Source: an uncultured Victivallales bacterium (GTDB lineage: Bacteria; Verrucomicrobiota; Kiritimatiellia; UBA8416; JAIOPI01). Taken from it: a DNA stretch of 40,106 nucleotides. The notes under the pieces were generated by a model, which was given only the letters and a program-made list of their open reading frames with translations, was not told the origin of the DNA and did no database searches. Position numbers and translations under genes: made by a program. Where the stretch lies: assembly GCA_964635825.1 (NCBI GenBank), contig CAZWQJ010000004.1, forward strand, positions 1-40,106, given 5' to 3'. Positions 35,132-40,106 of this stretch are shown one piece after another (the stretch's first letter is position 1; every line of letters begins with the position of its first letter).

Positions 35132-36629
35132 GCAACACCTCGATCTTCAGCCGCCCGACCACATGGATGATCGCCACTTGCTCCTGCAGTTCCCCCTCCA
35201 CCAGACGGATGTGGGTCGCATCCACAAATTCCTGGTTCCAGGTGGGGTCCACCTCCACCCAGTCCCCCAGATGCACGGCCGGCCACGCATGGTAATAGAA
35301 GCCGCCCTCATGATACGCAAGCCCGACCATGACCTTCGCCGGAATCCCCGCCGCCCGCGCCAGGGCCACGAACAGGTACGTGTGCTCATTGCAGTCGCCA
35401 ACCCGCTCGCGCAGCACATCCGCCGCCGAAGGCAGGCTCACCGTCACTTCCTTCGTAAGCCGCGAGTAAACCCATTCCCGCAACGCCGCCACCTGCGCCG
35501 GCGCTTCCGAAATCCCCGCCGTGATGCGCTGCGCCTCGGCCACGATCGCAGGATCCTCCGTCTGGATAAACGGAGTCGCAGCCAGGTACCGCGCGCGATC
35601 GTCCTCGGTCAAGGGCGCCATCTCTTCCGGCAGCGGCAGGCGCGCCCGCCTCACCCGCAAATCGAACGTGCCATCGCCCCGCGCCTCCGGCATCTGGCGG
35701 TTACTCGCCAGCGCCGCCGCGCTCAGCGGTGCGCCCGACAGCCGCAAATGCACATCCGGACGGAACTCCGGGTCCGCAATCTCGCCTTGCACGCGAACGG
35801 CCAAATCGGAAATCGCATCCCCGGCCGACCCGGCCGCGCGTACGGCCGCCAACGCTTCGGATGCCGTGCACGACTCGATCGTCCACCCCATCGGCGTTTC
35901 CTGCCGCAGCAGCGCACCCTCCGCATCCACCCAGGACGTCACGCTCATCCCCTGGTACTCCGTGCTCAGCACCGTGGATTCCTTCTCCACGCCCCCGTGC
36001 ATCACCCGTTCTTCACGCAAGGCCCGAATCGTCACCGCCGTCGGCGATAGCGTCGCCGGGTCGAACGTGCGAAAGCTCAGGCTGTTGCCCGGGCGCAGCT
36101 TCTTCAACGCCAACTCCGTCATCGGCGAATACAGGATCACGTCGTCCGGGATGTCGACGTTCATCTTCTGCGACCCGCTGTTGCCGCTCATGAAGACCAC
36201 GAAGCGCGTGCCCTCCGTGCGCTTGCCGCGGATCTTCATCCCGTAGTGGCTCGACGATAACTCGAACTGGAATCCCTGCAAGGTATGGGTGATGTCCACA
36301 TACGCCGTGGTGTCGACGTACACCGGCTGGTCGAACCCCATGGCCTTCAACCGCAGATTCACGCGGTTAACCACGGTGTAGTGCTTCAGCGGATCATCCT
36401 CATCGATCTCGACCGAGGTGTAGCTGGAGCCGACGGGCTTGCCCTGCATGAGCACGCGCGCCCACGAATCCTGCAGCAGCACGTCTTCCGAAAGCCAGCT
36501 ACGGTAACCCGGAAGCCTGTGCGTGAAAAACTCCGGGTACACCTCGAACCGGAGCAGTAACCCCAGCATCACGAGCCAGGCCAGTAACACCCCGGCGCGC
36601 CGCCAACGCACACGCGCCGGCGAGGTCAT
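35124..36629 (-). CDS. Membrane-anchored transglutaminase-like domain protein
   Basis: N-terminal TM anchor, beta-rich middle region, then YLAATPFIQ, GDCNEH (Cys), ARAAGIPAK, YHAW (His) and WVEVDPTW (Asp), forming an intact Cys-His-Asp triad. Confidence 0.88.
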   Translation of the reverse strand: MTSPARVRWRRAGVLLAWLVMLGLLLRFEVYPEFFTHRLPGYRSWLSEDVLLQDSWARVLMQGKPVGSSYTSVEIDEDDPLKHYTVVNRVNLRLKAMGFDQPVYVDTTAYVDITHTLQGFQFELSSSHYGMKIRGKRTEGTRFVVFMSGNSGSQKMNVDIPDDVILYSPMTELALKKLRPGNSLSFRTFDPATLSPTAVTIRALREERVMHGGVEKESTVLSTEYQGMSVTSWVDAEGALLRQETPMGWTIESCTASEALAAVRAAGSAGDAISDLAVRVQGEIADPEFRPDVHLRLSGAPLSAAALASNRQMPEARGDGTFDLRVRRARLPLPEEMAPLTEDDRARYLAATPFIQTEDPAIVAEAQRITAGISEAPAQVAALREWVYSRLTKEVTVSLPSAADVLRERVGDCNEHTYLFVALARAAGIPAKVMVGLAYHEGGFYYHAWPAVHLGDWVEVDPTWNQEFVDATHIRLVEGELQEQVAIIHVVGRLKIEVLHD

Positions 36630-38794
36630 GCCGTGCCCCGCACCCAGGCCTTGATCTCGTCACTCAGCGGCAGCACCTCCACCACCCGGCTCGTCGGACC
36701 TTCGTCCTCGCCCGGTAGACGAACCTCCGTGCCCGCGCGCGCACCCTCCAGGCGCTTGGCCATCTCGCTGCGGCTGGAGATGATGCCGTGCGCCTCGTCC
36801 CGATCCCACTCCCCCAGCACCCAGAACGTCACGACATCGCCGCCCGGGCGCTGCACGCGCACTCCCGTGCCCATGCCCACCACCTCCGACGGCACCCCCT
36901 CGTAATCGCTGCCACGCACGTCGCCCAGGTCGCGCTCCAGTTCCGCCTGGCGCCGCATCAGCAACCGCTGCTGATCCTTCGCCGCCTGGTACTCGAAATT
37001 CTCCCGCAGGTCGCCGTAGCTGCGCGCCACGCCGATCTCACGGCTGTTCTCCGGAATCGTCACCTCCACCAACACCCGCAACTGCTCCTGCCGCTCGCGG
37101 TAGGAGCGCCAGGACGTGAAGTGCACCTCGCGCGGCCCTTCCGCTTTCCGCTCGGCACGCGTGACAATCTCCTGCAACTCCGGATACAGCTTGATCAGCC
37201 GCCCCAGCACCGAGCGCTTGCTGGCTTCATCCCAGCCGCGCGAACTCCGGATTCGGATCATCAGCTGCTCGCGCTCGCGCACCGTCATGGCCGCCAGCAT
37301 CTTCTCCAGCCAGGCCCGATCTTCAAACCGCTCGCGCAGCTTCTTCTGCGTCTTGTAGCGCTCAAGCGTCACCTGCGCTTCGAGCGCCGGCACAATCAGG
37401 TACAGCAGGTCGCCCACCGTGCCCAGACGCCACTCCGCCAGCAACTGCGGGTGCTCGCACAGATAGTCCAGGACGCCCGAACTGACGTTACGCACGACAA
37501 AGTTCTCGCGGATGATGGCGCTGACACGCTCCTCGATGCCGGCCTCGCGCAAATCCCCCAACACCACATGCACCGCGTGCACCGGCAACTGTGGCAGGTG
37601 CTTCACCAGGCGGTCGGCCGCGTCCGGCACATGCGCCGTCAGCAATTGCAGGAAGGTCGTCAGTTCGCGCGCCGGCAACGTCATGCAGCCGGGCAGTCGC
37701 GCATCATCGGCCAGAGTCTGCACGCCGGCCGCCAAGTCAAAGGTCGTGCCCTTCGCCAGCTCCAGCCGTGCGGCCGCCATCAGCAGGCGCGCCGCCAGAT
37801 CGGGGTGCCGGTCCTCGGCTCCCATCACGGCAAATCCCGCACGCTCCGCCAGGATCGCGCGCCCCTCCGCCGACAGCCCCGCCACCTCGCCCACGCGCTC
37901 CAGTTCCTGCAGACGCTCCAGAATCGTCTTTACGTCGCGCTCTTTCCGCAGGTCCGCAAACCAGGAGTCGCCATACGAACGCGCCACGCTCAGCATCCGC
38001 AGCGGCTCGCTGCGCTTGGTCGGGATCGACACGTGCGCGTCGTCCTTGAGCGCCTTGCGCGCCCGGTCCCAGAAGGACTTCCAGTCTCCACCATCCAGCT
38101 TCTCGCCGCTCAGCAGTTCCTGCAGTTGCACCACCGTCAGCGCGCCAAAGCTGCGCAGCGCAATCCGGATGATCTCTTCCGGCTTCGAGCGCGCCAGCTC
38201 ATCCATCTCCGGCCGGCGCTTTGCCTTCATCGCCAGCAGGTGGTCTTCATCCACGATCTGCAGCGTCTCGGCCGCATACGCCATGCTCAGCGCGTGCCCC
38301 GACTTGCGCACAAAATCCACCGTCACCCGCTTGTAGAAATCGTCGAGCCGCTTGACGATCCCGAAACCCCAGGTCTTATCCAGGCAGAAGGTTCCCTCGT
38401 GCAATCCCATCAGCACGCCCAGGCGGCGCAGGCATTCCGAGGCCGACAGGTCCGCCTCCAGGCCCGCGCTGTCCAGCATCGCCATCTGCAGCCGGCTTGT
38501 CTTGAAGGCGTCGCCCAGTACGCGCCGGATCCGCCCCCGCAGGGCCACCGGGTCCGCCGGATCCACCGCCACCACCTCAAACAGCTGGCGCAGACCCGCC
38601 CCGTCAGCGCGCCCACTCAGGGCCTCTTCGATCATCGCCGCCGCGTCGCTGAACGCCGTGCGATAACCCTTGTCCCGCATCTTGCCGAGATCCGCCAGCA
38701 TCCCCTCCAACGGCATCGGCTCCGCCGCCAAACCGTCAAGAATGCGTTTCGTCAGTGTTTCTTCGCGAGCGTCCGCCAACTCGATCGAGGCCAT
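36626..38794 (-). CDS. greA: Long GreA-family transcription elongation factor with large N-terminal extension
   Basis: C-terminal ~165 aa match GreA (IPENSREIGVARSYGDLRENFEYQAAK, VGMGTGV, VLGEWD, IISSRS). ATG 38794 is preceded by AAGGAG. Confidence 0.85.
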   Translation of the reverse strand: MASIELADAREETLTKRILDGLAAEPMPLEGMLADLGKMRDKGYRTAFSDAAAMIEEALSGRADGAGLRQLFEVVAVDPADPVALRGRIRRVLGDAFKTSRLQMAMLDSAGLEADLSASECLRRLGVLMGLHEGTFCLDKTWGFGIVKRLDDFYKRVTVDFVRKSGHALSMAYAAETLQIVDEDHLLAMKAKRRPEMDELARSKPEEIIRIALRSFGALTVVQLQELLSGEKLDGGDWKSFWDRARKALKDDAHVSIPTKRSEPLRMLSVARSYGDSWFADLRKERDVKTILERLQELERVGEVAGLSAEGRAILAERAGFAVMGAEDRHPDLAARLLMAAARLELAKGTTFDLAAGVQTLADDARLPGCMTLPARELTTFLQLLTAHVPDAADRLVKHLPQLPVHAVHVVLGDLREAGIEERVSAIIRENFVVRNVSSGVLDYLCEHPQLLAEWRLGTVGDLLYLIVPALEAQVTLERYKTQKKLRERFEDRAWLEKMLAAMTVREREQLMIRIRSSRGWDEASKRSVLGRLIKLYPELQEIVTRAERKAEGPREVHFTSWRSYRERQEQLRVLVEVTIPENSREIGVARSYGDLRENFEYQAAKDQQRLLMRRQAELERDLGDVRGSDYEGVPSEVVGMGTGVRVQRPGGDVVTFWVLGEWDRDEAHGIISSRSEMAKRLEGARAGTEVRLPGEDEGPTSRVVEVLPLSDEIKAWVRGTA

Positions 38795-38908
38795 CCCGTG
38801 TCTCCTTGCTGTTCCCGCCGCCAGAATGTGCGGCACCTCCCGGCTGGTATCGCGGCGCGCGGCCGTGTACAGTGTCGCCAACCGGGTCTCCCTCCCACGG
38901 AAAGAGGC

Positions 38909-38917
38909 ACACTAGCA
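38909..38917 (-). promoter_or_regulatory. Possible extended -10 element for the greA operon
   Basis: TGcTAGTGT on the minus strand in the divergent greA/rluA gap. The -35 is poor. Confidence 0.3.
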
Positions 38918-38945
38918 GGATCCCCGGCACGAAAAAAGCCCAACC

Positions 38946-39785
38946 ATGCAATATCGCGAATATCGAGTGGAAAAGCGGGAATCCGGCAAGCGACTGCGGG
39001 AATATCTGGCCGCCAAGCTGGAAATCTCCGGTCGCCGCGCCAAGGCGCTGCTGGACGCGCGCGTCATTATCGTCAACGGCCAGCGCGTCTGGATGGCCGC
39101 CCACGAACTCAAAATGGGCGATCGCGTCAGCGTCCCCTCGGCGACGCCAGACGCCCCGCCGCCCACCACCCCGCTGCCCGTGCTGTGCGAAGATGCCGAT
39201 TACCTGGTGATCGACAAGCCCGCCGGAATGGAAGCCAATGGCGAAGGCAGCGCCGAAGAACGCGTGCGCGCCTCCCTGGGCGATCCCCAGATCGCCGCCG
39301 CCCACCGGCTCGACCGCGACACCACCGGTTGCCTCTTGTTCGCGCGCAACCCCAAAGCCTACGAGGCCGTCGTCGAGGTCTTCCGCGAACACCGCGTCAC
39401 CAAGGAATACCGCGCCATCGTCACCGGCCGCGTGCGCTTGCCCCAGCAGACCATCGACACCGCGCTCGACGGCCTGCATGCCGTCACCCACCTGCGCGTG
39501 CTGGCCTCATCCGACGCCGCCAGCTACCTGCTCGTCCACACCATGACCGGCCGCACCCACCAGATCCGCCGCCATCTCGCCGGCATCCACCACCCGATCC
39601 TGGGCGACCGCCAGCATGGCCCACAGCGCCGCCTCGATCGTGCCCTCATGGAAGTGCCGCGCCAGATGCTGCACGCGTCCCGCCTGCGCCTCACCAGCCC
39701 GGTCAGCCAACGCGAAATCCAGGCACACAGCCGCCTGCCGGCGGACTTCCGCCGCTGCCTGTCGGTGTTCGGACTGAAGGACTGA
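38946..39785 (+). CDS. RluA-family (RluC/RluD-type) pseudouridine synthase with S4 domain
   Basis: N-terminal S4-like domain (GKRLREYL..SGRRAKALL..VNG), VIDKPAG, catalytic HRLDRDTTG, KEYRAIV, TGRTHQIRRHL, HPILGD and RQMLHA. Confidence 0.93.
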   Translation: MQYREYRVEKRESGKRLREYLAAKLEISGRRAKALLDARVIIVNGQRVWMAAHELKMGDRVSVPSATPDAPPPTTPLPVLCEDADYLVIDKPAGMEANGEGSAEERVRASLGDPQIAAAHRLDRDTTGCLLFARNPKAYEAVVEVFREHRVTKEYRAIVTGRVRLPQQTIDTALDGLHAVTHLRVLASSDAASYLLVHTMTGRTHQIRRHLAGIHHPILGDRQHGPQRRLDRALMEVPRQMLHASRLRLTSPVSQREIQAHSRLPADFRRCLSVFGLKD

Positions 39786-39800
39786 CCGGCTGTCGCCGCG

Positions 39801-40022
39801 TCAGTTCTTGTGGCGGTAGGTGATGCGCCCCTTGGTCAGGTCGTAGGGGGAGATTTGCAACGTCACCTTGTCGCCGGCGGTGATGCGGATGAAATTCTTG
39901 CGCATCTTGCCGGAGATGTGGGCGAGCAATTCGTGACCGTTCTCCAGCTTGACCGTGTACATGGTCGCCGGCAGAACCTTCACCACGGTTCCAGTAACTT
40001 CTAAGCTATCGTCTTTGGGCAT
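39801..40022 (-). CDS. infA: Translation initiation factor IF-1
   Basis: [44 protein letters not shown] and [13 protein letters not shown]. Confidence 0.98.
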   Translation of the reverse strand: MPKDDSLEVTGTVVKVLPATMYTVKLENGHELLAHISGKMRKNFIRITAGDKVTLQISPYDLTKGRITYRHKN

Positions 40023-40106
40023 AATGAGTTCCACGCCGATACGGGATGGCCTATTAATGGCGGAAGCGGCCCTTCATTGCAAGGGCAATTGTGAAAGCCC
40101 ACGCGC

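Noticed and set aside
23443-36629. Reading CotH + transglutaminase + Alr as a Bacillus-like spore-coat locus
   Set aside because: No sporulation genes are present, the organism looks diderm, this TGase is not recognisably Bacillus Tgl, and Alr looks like the ordinary cytoplasmic enzyme. The parallel is only an analogy.
38839-38886. 9-bp stem in the greA 5' region (CCCGGTTGG/CCAGCCGGG), a possible attenuator
   Set aside because: Large loop and no U-tract. Such pairing is likely by chance at this GC content.
36788-39823. 1011-aa plus-strand ORF
   Set aside because: Antisense to greA and out of frame with the real RluA gene, with low-complexity Arg/Pro-rich composition.
40040-40085. infA promoter (TTGCAA ... 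ATTAAT)
   Set aside because: The spacing and -10 register are ambiguous and the region is cut by the window edge.
1-40106. CRISPR arrays, tRNA/rRNA genes, IS elements, prophage or defence genes
   Set aside because: No regularly spaced repeats, cloverleaf or rRNA signatures, or transposase, integrase or phage motifs were seen. Intergenic gaps are short and mostly accounted for.

Overview
GC-rich bacterial chromosomal segment, probably from the PVC superphylum (Kiritimatiellota/Verrucomicrobiota/Lentisphaerota-like). This is an inference from the ~720-aa GreA fusion, the lamin-tail/CotH/DUF2341/LamG giant exported protein and the TPR-ExbB-ExbD cluster. It holds 29 supportable CDSs, 26 of them on the minus strand, and I see no rRNA, tRNA, CRISPR array, integrase or transposase. 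In transcription order on the minus strand: infA | long greA - membrane transglutaminase-like protein - ABC ATPase - ABC permease - exported hypothetical - outer-membrane barrel-like protein - alr | 2127-aa CotH/lamin-tail protein | SpoIIAA-like protein | rpsA (terminator) tyrS | uvrA - TPR protein - exbB - exbD - TonB-like - hisD - hisC - hisB - hisA - M16 peptidase - comEC - rlmN-like | ctpA - tsaD. The plus strand carries a CDGSH Fe-S protein, a CNNM/CBS protein and an RluA-family synthase. Most genes are housekeeping. The best candidates for undescribed biology are (i) the coupled transglutaminase/ABC/exported protein/outer-membrane barrel module beside alr and the CotH kinase giant, (ii) a Thr-Asn dipeptide excess in exported proteins, (iii) the TPR-ExbBD-TonB-like module with no adjacent receptor, and (iv) the Tudor-like/GreA fusion and a TyrS whose HIGH motif reads QAGN. 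All family calls come from motif recognition by eye, with no database searches.
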